From positions 33,491,218-33,555,217 of the forward strand of contig NC_068995.1 in assembly GCF_001194135.2 (NCBI RefSeq): a DNA stretch of 64,000 nt. The letters run 5' to 3'. Shown one piece after another: positions 40,568 through 53,769 of the stretch. This DNA comes from Octopus bimaculoides. Its lineage: Eukaryota. Made by a program: the position numbers and the translations under genes. Numbering within the stretch: the stretch's first letter is position 1; each line of letters starts with the position of its first letter. Under the pieces are notes generated by a model. That model ran no database searches, was not told where the DNA came from, and saw only the letters and a program-made list of their open reading frames with translations.

Positions 40568-40810
40568 ATGAATGGTTTGATGAGAATTAGACTGTCTCTT
40601 TTATTTATTAGAAATTCATTTTATAGTGAGAAAGCTTAAATGGTTTAAAGGGATGAAAAGACCCTATTGAGCTTTATGTTATGTAAATTTATTATTATTT
40701 AATTTGTTTTTTAAATCATTATATTTATTGTTGAGATTATTTAAAATTAACTTTGGTTTGGATGATCAAGGAATAAGAATATAGGATTAGTTTAACTTCC
40801 TTAAAATATA
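40568..40810 (+). pseudogene. NUMT: nuclear copy of a mitochondrial 16S rRNA (rrnL) fragment
   Basis: Metazoan mt-16S landmarks in order: atgaatggtttga, ctgtctct, tagtgagaaagctt, ggatgaaaagaccctattgagcttt (GACGAGAAGACCCTATTGAGCTT), ctttggtttggatgatcaaggaataa, aacttcctt. Confidence 0.85.
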
Positions 40811-41664
40811 AGTTTTATAGTTTTCATACCATATTCATTCCTTTAATGTTATCCAGTATATCTATTAAAGTTACAAGCTATAATAAGGTTCCTTTCATTC
40901 ATTATTGAGGTCGGCAAGGAGGCCTCATAGAAAGTCCTTCTGCTGATCTATTTTAATCCTGTTTGCGGCACATATGTGGAAATAACTGTTGTTGTCATGT
41001 TACTCATAACTCATCTAACCTTATATATTCCGCCATACACTCTCACTGTCTCATTTGTCTTTCCACCCATTGCATTGGTGCTGTTATTCAATGACAAGAA
41101 TTTACCTTTGTGTTCCCTACCCATAAGGAATCTGGCTGAGCCGCCTCTCTCTCCATCTTACCTTTTGTAAACAGCACACATCTTCTCAATCTGTTCCATC
41201 ATTCTTACCACTTTTCCAAACCTGACTTTATGCTGAAGCTTAAATTAGGAAGGGTTGTGTTATCTGCATAACAGGTTCCAAATTGTGAACTAAAATGAAA
41301 GATTTGAAAGGCAAACCATTGTATAGTTCTCTCTCTCTCTGTCTCTTTCACACACACACACACACACACACACCTTTCATTTTCTCTCTCTCTCTCTCTC
41401 ATACATACACACACACACACTCTCTCTCTCTCTCTCTCTCACACATACACACACACAATTCTCCCTTCCTCTCCTATATACATACAATCACAAATGCCTA
41501 CCTGTTAGGTATGGCAAAAATACAATGGGACCTGGCAATATATAAAAGAATGACCACTAATAATGGTGGCATGACATATTTTAATTATCAATTAGAAAGA
41601 TTTACCAATCAACTAATACTTTTGGACTATTAACTTATTTAGTCTCCATTTGCTACCTTATGCT

Positions 41665-42908
41665 CTGAAGGTTGGCTGAAATGTTCATAGGCTGACCAAG
41701 ATACTCTCATGGAATGTGACCAAATGAGATTTATTTTTCAACATAGTCTCCATCAGTGTTGCTGTGCTTGGATTCCATTGGTGAAGAAGCTTTTATTCTG
41801 TTGGTCATATTAACAGCAGATATAATGTCATCATCACTGCAACACTGGTTCTCAGCCACATTTTTATCATGTTAGGGAACAAATGATAGGTAGATGGGGC
41901 CAAATCAGGAGAATAGGGTGAGTGATCAGCCAGTTCAAAGCCATAGTCACATACAACAGCCATTGAAATGAAGGACCTGTGTGCTGGAGCATGGCCCTGA
42001 TGAAACAAGACCCCTTTCATCAGTTTTCCTAGGTGTTTGGATTTGATAGCCTTTCATAACTGCTTCAGTGAGTTGGCATAGTATTCTCCATTGATGGTGT
42101 GACTCTTTTGAACATAGTCAATAAGCACATTGCCTTTTGCATCCAAAAAAACTGAGGTCATCACCTTCCTTACAGATAGCCTTCTTTGGAGCAGGTGAAG
42201 AGGGGTGTTTCCACTGCATGGATTGTCTCTTTGTCTGTGGCTCAAAGTGATGAAGCCAACACTCATCCTGGGTTAGGAAACTTTCAAAGAAATAAGCTGG
42301 ATCTGCCTCAAACAATGTTAGATATTCCTGTAATATGATCAGCCTGGTGCACTTTTGATCAGGTGTCAGAAGCCATGACATTCACCAAGCAGAAACTTCC
42401 ATCATGACAAGTTCATTGTGTAGAATATATGGGATATGCTAATAACATTGACTATTTGATTTATAGTCAATTGCCTGTCATCCATCAGAATGTGGTGAAC
42501 CTGATCAATGTTTTCCTCAGTGGTGCCAGTTGCAGGACATCGACACATTGGGTCGTTTTTAACATTTTCCCTTCCCCTCCTAAATTCAGCTTCCCACTTT
42601 TGCACTGTTGATAAAACTGGAATGTCATCCTCTGATTTAGCAACAATTGTCAGCATGAATATCTTTGGGGGCTAAACACTTTTTCTGCAGGTACTTGAAA
42701 ATACCATGATACCAGATTTTGTCCATTTTCAAGAGAAGTCACTTCTAGTTACTTTTGAGGTTTTCCTTGAATAGTCAGATGCCAGTTTACCTAGAAAGAA
42801 ACAATACAGTTATTAATAAGAAGAGTTGAAATTCATGCATGCAAGATTTCATAGCTCTAGCATCACTCTTTCATAGTTAGCCTATGAACTTTTTAGCTCA
42901 CCCTCATA
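41665..42908 (-). mobile_element. Mariner (irritans/Himar-like), near full length, defective
   Basis: TIRs gttggctgaaatgttcataggctgac / gttagcctatgaactttttagctcaccctcaTA; TQDECWLHHFEPQTKRQSMQWKH and HSPYSPDLAPSTYHLFP. Confidence 0.9.
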
Positions 42909-43961
42909 GGTACATGTGCTTTGATTGGGAATGAATTCTTAGTTTTCATTTGTGAAGGTTTCAGCACCAGATGCTAGCAGTAGGATGGTTCTGGCTGTTG
43001 AACATTGTAGATGATTGATAGAAAGTCCATGGCACATCGGATGATAGAAATTTTATTGAAAGTTTGGTGGTTTGAGAAATAGTTACTATTCCAAGAAGTG
43101 TTGACTGTTTTAACAGTGGATGATAATAAGGGAATGAATTGGGACAGTATGTGATGATGGCAGCTGTGTCTTTATGATTTATTTGTCGTAAGATTTTACT
43201 AAAGAGGGAGGTTGTTGAATGCAAAAGTTAGAAGTCAGGCTCTTTGAGGCAGAGGGGCTCATCTAGTAATAAAGGATGCTACTTTAGTATGCAGTCTACT
43301 GCAGTATTCATAGTCTATGCTGTGAAATGATCTGATCTAAGTTGGGTTAGACTGCATGCTCAAGTGTAAATGGCCAGGTAGATCACATACTAAAATAACA
43401 TCTGATACAGTCAAGATTAAGCCTTTCTAGAATATTTGAAGGTGTGTACACAAATTTCAGAACTGTAGACTGATGCAAATAAGACATAATTTAAATTTGT
43501 TGGAGTTACTTCACAAGAATGTTTTTATTCACTGTTGAATGCAATTTGTTTTAGGCAGATGTAATAAAGTTGTAATCTTTCTAGTTAAACTTTGTTTTGT
43601 CAAAATGTCTAGTCTTTATTGTGAAGAGAAATTTGGACATTTTCTCTACATTTCTTCAAATTCTGCGATGCTTCTTTGCTTATGATAATTCTGTATATTA
43701 AACACGTCTTTATGTAGGTATCACTATAGAGCACCATACAATGGAGACAAGCACAGTTTGAACATGAAGAAACATTTTTTGCTTTATCACTTTCATGTCA
43801 AAATAAAATTTTTTCCATGGAGAATTATGTCATTTGAAAGCTTTGGATGTGAACTTTCTTCTCATATAGTATCATAATGTTGTTTATTCCCTCTCCCTTG
43901 GCAAATATATATAACTTTTTCCAGTGAAATTATTCACTGATATCGAAAAGGTGAAAACAAG

Positions 43962-43962
<1 letters not shown>

Positions 43963-44020
<58 letters not shown>

Positions 44021-44782
44021 TATATATACATATATATATNNNNNNNNNNNNNNNNNNNNNNNNNNNNNNNNNNNNNNNNNNNNNNNNNNNNNNNNNNNNN
44101 NNNNNNNNNNNNNNNNNNNNNNNNNNNNNNNNNNNNNNNNNNNNNNNNNNNNNNNNNNNNNNNNNNNNNNNNNNNNNNNNNNNNNNNNNNNNNNNNNNNN
44201 NNNNNNNNNNNNNNNNNNNNNNNNNNNNNNNNNNNNNNNNNNNNNNNNNNNNNNNNNNNNNNNNNNNNNNNNNNNNNNNNNNNNNNNNNNNNNNNNNNNN
44301 NNNNNNNNNNNNNNNNNNNNNNNNNNNNNNNNNNNNNNNNNNNNNNNNNNNNNNNNNNNNNNNNNNNNNNNNNNNNNNNNNNNNNNNNNNNNNNNNNNNN
44401 NNNNNNNNNNNNNNNNNNNNNNNNNNNNNNNNNNNNNNNNNNNNNNNNNNNNNNNNNNNNNNNNNNNNNNNNNNNNNNNNNNNNNNNNNNNNNNNNNNNN
44501 NNNNNNNNNNNNNNNNNNNNNNNNNNNNNNNNNNNNNNNNNNNNNNNNNNNNNNNNNNNNNNNNNNNNNNNNNNNNNNNNNNNNNNNNNNNNNNNNNNNN
44601 NNNNNNNNNNNNNNNNNNNNNNNNNNNNNNNNNNNNNNNNNNNNNNNNNNNNNNNNNNNNNNNNNNNNNNNNNNNNNNNNNNNNNNNNNNNNNNNNNNNN
44701 NNNNNNNNNNNNNNNNNNNNNNNNNNNNNNNNNNNNNNNNNNNNNNNNNNNNNNNNNNNNNNNNNNNNNNNNNNNNNNNNTG

Positions 44783-44827
<45 letters not shown>

Positions 44828-44901
44828 TACATGTGTGTATATATATCTATATATGCGTATGTATATGTATATATATGTATGTATATATGCATATGTATAT
44901 A

Positions 44902-44936
<35 letters not shown>

Positions 44937-45036
44937 GTTTGTGTGTATATGTATATATGTGTATATATTTATATGTATATATGTGTGTATAAGTGTATAT
45001 GTATATATATACATGCATATATATGTGCATATATGC

Positions 45037-45084
<48 letters not shown>

Positions 45085-45097
45085 GTATGTGTGTGTG

Positions 45098-45138
<41 letters not shown>

Positions 45139-45144
45139 GTATGT
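43963..45144. repeat. TA/TG-type compound microsatellite flanking an assembly gap
   Basis: (TA)n, (CA)n and (TATG)n runs on both sides of N 44040-44780. Confidence 0.9.
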
Positions 45145-46659
45145 ATATTTGGAGAGAAGATTTTTTCTCAAAGAGTTAAGATTGAGAAAAAACCTTATTA
45201 GAAAATTGAAAGACACTAACCTTTGGGAAGAAATTTCACAAAATGTGTGTGGGCTTTGTTCTTATAGATGTGCAAGAGCTTACCGTTTTTAATGTTTTCA
45301 AGCACGTGTTACTATATATAGTGGAAGTTGTTTTCAGTACAATTGTTGTTGACTATTTCCGGATTAGTTTCGAACTCAGAAATATTATGAAATATTCATC
45401 TTTTTAAAGATGACTGCTTTATATTCTGGAACAGAAGTAAGGAAGACCTTAAAACATTTTTTGAAACAATAAACAGCTTCCATGGATCAATCCAATTCAC
45501 CGTGGAAATGAAAGAAAGGGAACTCCCTTTCCTAGACATCTTAATAATTAAAGAGAATGAGATTATAACAACTCACTCCTATTACAAAAACACGGACACA
45601 CACCAATATTTAGACTTTAGTTCTTGCCATCCTTCCCATACAAAAAGGGACATACCTTTTAATATGGCAAGACAAATATGTATAGTAGTTTCGGAGACAA
45701 ATAGAAGAGAAAGACGATTTACAGAATTTAACTTGTTCCTTAAAAAACAAAAATACCCCACCAAACTAATAGACAAGTGGTAACTGAAGCTAAAAATATC
45801 CCAATCTCTAAACTAAGAAGAAAAAACACTCACACTGAGGATAAACGAAAAATGAACATAAAAATATCCCATTTGTTATCACTCACAATCCCAAGATCCA
45901 CAATATTCTACAAACAGCCAAATGCCTTCTGCCAATTCTACACAAGTTCCCATGTCTCTGACAAATAATCAACAGCCGAAGGCAACCACCAAATCTTAAG
46001 AAACTTCTAACCAAAGCAAGATTTGCATCAGAGGAAGAAATGATGCTAGTTACCAAATGTGGAGACCTCCAATGTGAGACATGTGATTTAGTAGAACAGA
46101 GACCAGCCAAAAAATTCAAGAATGGAAAAGAATTAAAGGTGAATGCAAATATGAACTGCAAAAGCAAAAACCTGATATATTGTATCACATGCCCACGAAG
46201 CAACGAACATCATACTGGGGAAACAAAAACGAAACTAGCCAACCATATATATGTGCACAGACATCAAATAAAACATCCCACACTTAGATGTATACCATGT
46301 AGCGATCATTTGGACACCTGTGCACAAGGAAAGTTTACAATTTTCACTCTTCGTAAAATAAATGAAGAGAGCAACCTTCTCCAGAAGGCAAAAGAAGAAT
46401 ATTTCATAAGATATCTTAGTCTGAAACTAAAATGGAAATAGTCAACAACAATTGTACTGAAAACAATTTCCACTATATATAGTAACATGTGCTTGAAAAC
46501 GGAAAGAACGGTAAGTGCTTGCACATCTATAAGAACAAAGCCCACACACATTTTGTGAAATCTCTTCCCAAAGGTTTGTGTTTTTTGACTTTCTAAAAAG
46601 GTTCTTTTCTCAATCTTAACTCTTTAACTCTTTGAGAAAAAAATCTTCTCTCCAAATAT
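45145..46659 (+). mobile_element. Penelope-like retroelement, 5'-truncated, with inverted terminal (pLTR) repeats
   Basis: RT thumb ELPFLDILI...YYKNTDTHQYLDFSSCHPSHTK (45502-45783); Cys linker KCGDLQCETC plus GIY-YIG-like NLIYCITC..HTGET (46040-46441); ~260-bp inverted repeats at 45145-45405 and 46390-46659. Confidence 0.88.
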
Positions 46660-46801
46660 TATAACTGTATCAAGGAATTTCCAAAACACTCTAAATATAT
46701 ATATGTATATATGTATATATATATGTGTATATATGTATATATATATGTGTATATATGTATATAAATATGTATATATGGATATAAATATGTATATATATTG
46801 T

Positions 46802-46967
46802 CAGGCGCAGGAGTGGCTGTGTGGTAAGTAGCTTGCTTACCAACCACATGGTTCCAGGTTCAGTCCCACTGCGTGGCACCTTGGGCAAGTGTCTACTACT
46901 ATAGCCTCTGGCCGACCAAAGCCTTGTGAGTGGATTTGGTAGACGGAAACTGAAAGAAGCCCGTCGT
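46802..46967 (+). mobile_element. tRNA-derived SINE with (TA/TG) tail
   Basis: ggagtggctgtgtggtaag...ggttcagtccc head; reverse copies at about 24500-24650 and 58240-58315. Confidence 0.8.
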
Positions 46968-47143
46968 ATATATGTATATATATATGTGTATATATGTATA
47001 TAAATATGTATATATNNNNNNNNNNNNNNNNNNNNNNNNNNNNNNNNNNNNNNNNNNNNNNNNNNNNNNNNNNNNNNNNNNNNNNNNNNNNNNNNNNNNN
47101 NNNNNNNNNNNNNNNNNNNNNNNNNNNNNNNNNNNNNNNNNNN

Positions 47144-47190
<47 letters not shown>

Positions 47191-47807
47191 ATATATGTTT
47201 ATATATTATATTTGTGTATTTATATTTCTGGCCATCTTCACTGATCTCTATTCTTGATATTATCTGTTTTCTTCACAATTCTTCAATCCTCTGTATTGCT
47301 ACTTTCACCACCACTCATTACTGATCTCAGTTTTCAGGGAGGTCTCTCTACCATTTATTTTCCATTCCTTCTCCTTCCCATCTTGTTATAATATTCACTT
47401 AACCTCCCACCTCACTTCAGTCCACCTGTCCTTCCATTTCTTTATCCTCTACTATTCACTTCTCACAAGATCTCCAACATCACTTTGATTTTACACTCAC
47501 AAGACCTGTTCTCCATGGCAGAAGTGTTAAAGCCGCATTCCCTAGTGAAGAGGATTGGCCTGCAAGAGTCTTGTGCCAGTGTCACATAAAGGCGCTCGTG
47601 CTAGTGGCACATTAAAAGTACCCAGCACACACTGTAAAGTGGTTGGTATTAGGAAGGGCATCCAGCCATAGAAACCAAACTAAAGCAAACTGGAACCTGG
47701 TGCAGCTTTCCAGTTCTGGTCAAACTGTCCAACTCATGCCAGCATGGAAATTAGACAGTAAAGGATGATGATGATGATGATGGTGAATCTTTGCAACAAA
47801 GGCAATA

Positions 47808-47858
<51 letters not shown>

Positions 47859-49582
47859 TCTCTCTCTCTCAGTATAAGTGGTCAAGACAGATTCTTTTAC
47901 TGCTGTCAAATCACTGAGCCTTTCTAGGAATGCTTTTTCCCTTTGTTTTTTTTATTGGAAGAAATGATTCTTTATCCATTTAACCTACTTTCATAGCTTG
48001 AATTTCAAAGGTTGGTCATCACATTGTCTAAAATTGACATGTTTAAGTATTATATCACTCACCTTCATTGTTTCAATGATATTGCCTATCCAATTGTTTA
48101 TTATAAATATACATATACCACCAGCAGTATAATCATCTTTATCCTAGAAGAGCTTGTACTTTTGTTCTTTGGCTGTGAAGTGTCTGGTTGATGCAATTCT
48201 CCACTCAACCCCGCATACTTGCTCCCCATGGAACATTGAGTGATAACAGATCTCACCCAGCATGGTCATAAGCTCTGTTGTGAACCTGTTCCCAAGGCAG
48301 GCCGACATCTGCCAGATTCTCTTTGAGAGTCCCCAGCCAAGTCTTGATAGGTTTGCTGTCTTTTATGGCCACTACTGTACAATTATTACTATTCTGCTGC
48401 TCTCCATGCCTCCTTTTTCTGCATGGTCAATCATTTTCTTTCTCCCCCAACTCATGTATCATGAGTCAATCCACCATCTACTACATCACCCCTCAACCCT
48501 ACCCATTTTCTACAGTTGTCACCTACTCTTCTCTCCCTTCGTTACTTATCATCCCTCAACACTACCTGTTCCTCATTGTATTCACTCTATCTCAATCTCT
48601 ACTATCCACCTACACTTTCTGTTCTCCTGCTCTGCTCATTTCTCCTCACCTCTTACCTAGAAGGATCATCCTGACTCTTCATTACCACTGGTCTATCTCT
48701 TTCCAGCTCCACCCCAATCACTCCCACCCTCTTTTCTAACATGTGAGTAGCCATGTAGCTTCTCCACAGCAAGAAATCTGTTCTATTTGAACCCCTTCTC
48801 ACTTACTTTAACTTCTCATCTAGCATAAAGCCACCTCCTTTCCTACTGTAGCCCCACTTGGTAAAAGGGACTTAGTCATGCAAGCTTGTTATGGTGGTAA
48901 GGAAAATGATATTGTTTACAAAAGGAAATCAGAATAGATGAAATAGATTTTAAATATTTTTCTATGTTGTTAATAAACCTATTTTGTTTATTTACTTTTA
49001 AAATAATTGCTTTCAGATTTCAACAGTATTTTAATTCAATTGCTTTACAAATCTGTAATGTATGTATTTGTTTTGCTAAATCAACAGTTGTAAAACTTGT
49101 TTTTTACTCTCCCTGTGTCTTCTTTAATCACATTGATTATAACCATATCTAATTGCATTAAATATTTTATGTCAATAGCTAGAAAAGGTAAATAAATAAT
49201 TGATAGACATGGGAAAGTTATGGTTTTTTTTCTTTAAAATTCAATAATAATGTTTCTTTTCCATTCATTTTTGCTACTACTTATTTTGTTAATCATGGGT
49301 AGGAATTGATTTTAGTGGTAAGAGGCATGAAATACTGTAAAATATATAATGATGTGTTCCCCGCTCTCTCATTAACAAGTTTTCCCGGATTGAAATGAAT
49401 ATATTGTATTGAGAACATTCTAATGTATAAACTTCCAGTTGATAATTATTGTCATTTAGCCCCAGATCTGTACTGAGCATAGCTAAGAAAGAAAAATGTT
49501 TCATTTAATCCATCCATATCTGGCCCTACTTTTGTTTATGTTCAAACAGGCCAGATCTGGTATCTCACACCTACTCAACAAT

Positions 49583-49968
49583 TGTTGTTGGCACTCTGTC
49601 GCTTACGACGTTGAGGGTTCCAGTTGATCCGATCAACGGAACAGCCTGCTGGTGAAATTAATGTGCAAGTGGCTGAGCACTCCACAGATACGTGTACCCT
49701 TAACGTAGTTCTTGGGGATATTCAGCATGACACAGTGTGACAAGGCTGACCCTTTGAATTACAGGCACAACAGAAACAGGAAGTAAGAGTGAGAGAAAGT
49801 TGTGGTGAAAGAGTACAGCAGGGTTCGCCACCATCCCCTGCCGGAGCCTTGTGGAGCTTTAGGTGTTTTCACTCAATAAACACTCACAACGCCTGGTTTG
49901 GGAATCGAAACCGCGATCCTATGACCGCGAGTCCGCTGCCCTAACCACTGGGCCATTGCGCCTCCACT
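49583..49968 (-). mobile_element. Young tRNA-derived SINE inserted in a piggyBac-like MITE
   Basis: Reverse complement of the 20604/21740 family; TSD ctactcaacaat (49571-49582 and 49969-49980); the host MITE resumes and ends gaatgctaaaggttaa at about 50107. Confidence 0.9.
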
Positions 49969-51501
49969 CTACTCAACAATGACATTCTGAAAATAAACAG
50001 TCATATCATTGACATCTTGAAGCTGTGAGATAATGCATGTTTAATTCAAAACAATATAAATGAGTAAACGTTATATTTGGAAGAGTAACTTGAATGCTAA
50101 AGGTTAAACTTTAAGATTTATAGTACATTTCATAGAGAATAACATAAGGCTTTCCAATTATGACCATCTCTTCTTTTATTTACACATTATCCTATCTTAT
50201 TTCACCTGTTTGTTTTTAAATTAGAGAGTTCACCCACCACTATTTTATGTCTTTCTAGCTCCACTCCAGGCATTCCCATCCTCTCATCTATAATATGAGT
50301 AGCTATGTAATTCCTCTGCAGCAAGAAACCTGTGCTGGTGCATTGTCTCGTTTTAACTCATCTCCTTTCACAAAGCCACCTCCCTCCCTACTGCAGCCCC
50401 ACTCTTATCAGTTGTGAAATATCAGACATGCTGTAATATTCTCTCAATCAGGCTTTATAAATTCTATCCGGTTCAGCCTGTCTCTGTGTAGGTGTCAGTA
50501 ATAAAAAGGAATCAGCTGTGAAATAACTCATTCCAAAAATTTGTGAATTATTTTAAAATTTAATCAAAACACATGGGCAGTATTTTGTTAGAAATATGGT
50601 CCAAAATGAGTTAAATCAATAAATATAATTATGAATGAAAAATATTCTCTTTCTTCTTTATTAGTTATTCTCATTTATTCAGTAACAATATTAATCAGCA
50701 AACAAGTGATTATCCTTTATCTTAAACTCCGCCTTAAACTCCGCCTTAAACTCCGCCTGCTTACACTATTTTCTGTGAAATAAGGTTTAGGGATAGGTTC
50801 ATATCTTACTCAATACAATCCTTATAAGGAATGTACTGACAAATATACATACATACATACATATATATACATGCACGCACACACACGCATACACACGCAC
50901 ATATATATATTTGATAACCATCTGCAAACTCTTAGAAGCATGCAGCACAGTCTTTCTCTCACCAGTGTCCTAAGTTTGGTGGTAAGAAAAAAAACTTTCT
51001 TATTTCTCTGCTTATTTTCCTATAAGAAATTAAACTATTTAATACATGTTTTGAAGAAATGTCATGTAATGTCAGATATTTTAAAATAATTTTTTCTCTA
51101 TTAGATTTAGTTCTGAAATTTTTAATTGGGACAATATGATGTTACAGGATATTTTAAAATTTAAAACCATGGAGTTGTAACTAACATTTTGATGTGTTTT
51201 ATTTTTACATGCTTAATTGTTTAAACTCTGGCCTTCTTGTGTCTACCATTGCATCAACTTGTCATTACAGCCACTTAAATTAATCATCTCTGTCTCTTAC
51301 ATTTGCTATATCACTTTTAACTCAACATATTTTGATAATCAATCATGCAGATCTTTAGAACTATCTGTCTTCTCTGCTTGTTTTTGGATTTGAAAACTGA
51401 TAAACCAGCAACTAACTTTTAATGGGTTAATTTGATACTTCCCAATCAGGTAGTAGCTATTTCAATCCAAATATAACTTTACTATTTACATTTATCTAGA
51501 G

Positions 51502-51818
51502 TAGTGGTTCTCAACCATTTTTTATCTATGGGCTCCTTCAATTACTATTCTATTCTGGTGAACACCATAGTCATTCGATGTTTAAAAACTAGTCTTATAG
51601 ATACTACTTTCAAAATTCCTATTTTGTCTATCATACATTCACTTGTGAAGTTTGAACTTTGTAAAAATGTCAAAGAAAGTTAGCTGTTTCTTGCAATAAA
51701 TGCATCTAAGGCAAAATTTTTTCATGGACTCCTAAGATATTACTGTGGATCCCCAATTTACTATTTTGCTTGTGTGAACTCCTAAAAACATTATATGGAC
51801 TCCAGTTGAGAACCACTG
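51502..51818. mobile_element. hAT-Charlie-type MITE
   Basis: TIR tagtggttctcaacc / agttgagaaccactg; perfect 8-bp TSD atctagag (NTCTAGAN type) at 51494-51501 and 51819-51826. Confidence 0.9.
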
Positions 51819-52682
51819 ATCTAGAGTAACAAGTAGGCTCTTAACTTCTATAATTTGTATGCATAATAATGTTTCTGTTCCATTCATTTTTGCTGCTACT
51901 TATTTTGTTAATTGTGATAGGAACTGATCTTAAAGGGAAGAGGCACCAGATACCATAAAATAGATAATGAAGCCCCCCCCCCTTCGTTAAATTTTCCCAG
52001 ATTGAAATGAATATATTGTATTGAGAAAATGTTGATGTCATATAGAATTTCAGTTGATAGCTATTGTCATCTAACCTCAGATCTGCACTGAACTCAGATG
52101 AGAAACAAAAATACTTCAATTAAACTTCAAGATTTGATTTATACCATATTTTATGAGGAACATCGCAAAGTTTTCCAATCATGAACAATCTCATCTTTTA
52201 TTCAGACATTATTCATGTTTATCCTGCCTTTTTTAAAAAAAAATTGCAAGGTGTGATTTGAAGGAGACTGAAACCCAGTCATTAGCTCATATTGGCTTCT
52301 TTGATAGCTTGTTATTTTTGAAGGGTTTACTATACAATAATGGTGAATTGTATTTAAAATCTGCTTATATTAACATGTATAACTAAAGTATAATTAAAAG
52401 TTAGAGGTGAGAAGTATTGCTATTTTTCAATAAAAACTCTGTCTGATTATTTTTTTCTTGACATCCTTAGATAATTACAATCATTATTGTTGTTGCAATT
52501 ACAAACTGGTTAAGGATACAGTTTTTGATTATCTCTGGCTATTAGTTTGGCTTTTCTCTTGCTCATCTTCAACTTTGTTGTTATTTTTATGGGGTTTTTT
52601 TTTTTTTCACAATTTTTGTAAGCTTTAAAAAGTGTTTTTTTTCTTTCTTTGATCTATATTGACAAATTCCTGAATGCATATA

Positions 52683-53769
52683 TTGGTGTCATCTCATAAA
52701 TAATGCGATTGTTTCAATTGCATGAACTAAAAGTCTGAGGGGGGGATAAACTACCTGCATCAACTTGCTATATAAGCAGGTAGCAATTTTGCCTTATTCT
52801 TAGTGCAAGTTTTGAAGAGTGCAATTCAATTTTAACAGTTATTTTTTCAAAGCTAACAAAGGACAAAGGAGCATATTTGGTATATTCAATAAAGACAACA
52901 ACACAACAGAAAGTGCAAGGGATATTAATGCAGTATATGGGGATTGGACAGTAAGCATAGGCCAGTGTTAGTAGTGGTTCTAGAAATTTTGAGCCGGAAA
53001 CTACAGCCTAGAAGATGAGCCTCGTCCTGGAAGATCTGTAGAGCTCGATGAGGATGTCCTGTAAACCCTGGTCAAACAAAATCCCATCATAACTGTTGAT
53101 GAACTAGCATGGAAGCTTGGATTTGGTCATTCAATCATTCATCGACACCTGTGTGCCATTGGAAAAGTCAGCAAATTGGGTCAATGGTTTCCTCACAAAC
53201 TTTCCAAGTTTGCAGAGAGTGAATGTGCTTCTCTTTGCTGTCACGTCTCACAAACGAACCTTTTTTGGGGCCGAATTGTTACTGGTGACGAGAAATGGGT
53301 TCTCTATAGAATTGTCAAGCACTGAATACAGTGGGTACATCTACCCCCACATGAGGTGTTGTTATCTGTTTGGTGGGATATGAAAGGTTTAGTCCATTTG
53401 AACTTTTAAACCCAAACCAAATTATAAAGGAGATCCACTATGACTAGCTTGAGTGGCTTAAGTCACTGCTAGAAGAGAAACAACCATCTTTGGTTTCAAG
53501 ACAAAAGGTGTTATTCTGTCATGATAATGCTTGGCCACATACAATGAGGATGACATTCCAAAGGCTGCAGCAGTTTAAATGGGAAACGATGCCTCACCCA
53601 CTATATTCACCAGACATTGCCCCATCTAATTATCATTTATTCCACAGTCTTTAAAATCATTTTGACAGAAAAAATATGAATTCTGTAGATGAGGTCAGAA
53701 TAGTAGATCTTAATTTTGAAAAACAAAAGAAGTATAAAAAAAACCCACATTATTTATGGGATGACCCAA
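52683..53769 (+). mobile_element. Mariner, internally deleted and defective
   Basis: TA-flanked TIRs ttggtgtcatctcataaataatgcg / cacattatttatgggatgacccaa; remnants of LEDEPRPGRS, GQWFPHKL, IVTGDEKWV and YSPDIAPSNYHLF. Confidence 0.88.

Larger units (their letters stand above)
24681..47143. other. Assembly gaps (N runs) scattered within this span
   Basis: N at 24681-24690, 28121-28742, 31694-32485, 33207-33598, 36032-36380, 44040-44780 and 47016-47143; most abut microsatellites or young repeats. Confidence 0.99.

Noticed and set aside
40568-40810. Functional rRNA gene
   Set aside because: Short, decayed mitochondrial-type fragment embedded in nuclear intron-like DNA.
46440-46560. Hammerhead ribozyme in the Penelope pLTR
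   Set aside because: No canonical CUGANGA...GAAA core could be folded by eye (ctgaaaa is present instead); a covariance-model scan is needed.
27982-47257. Long ORFs in the track containing X runs or YI/IY/CV repeats
   Set aside because: Artefacts of N gaps and TA/TG microsatellites.
49289-52119. Minus-strand ORFs 49289-49504 and 51841-52119 as paralogous exons
   Set aside because: Differences between the copies are mostly non-synonymous in this frame, and there are no convincing splice sites or homology.
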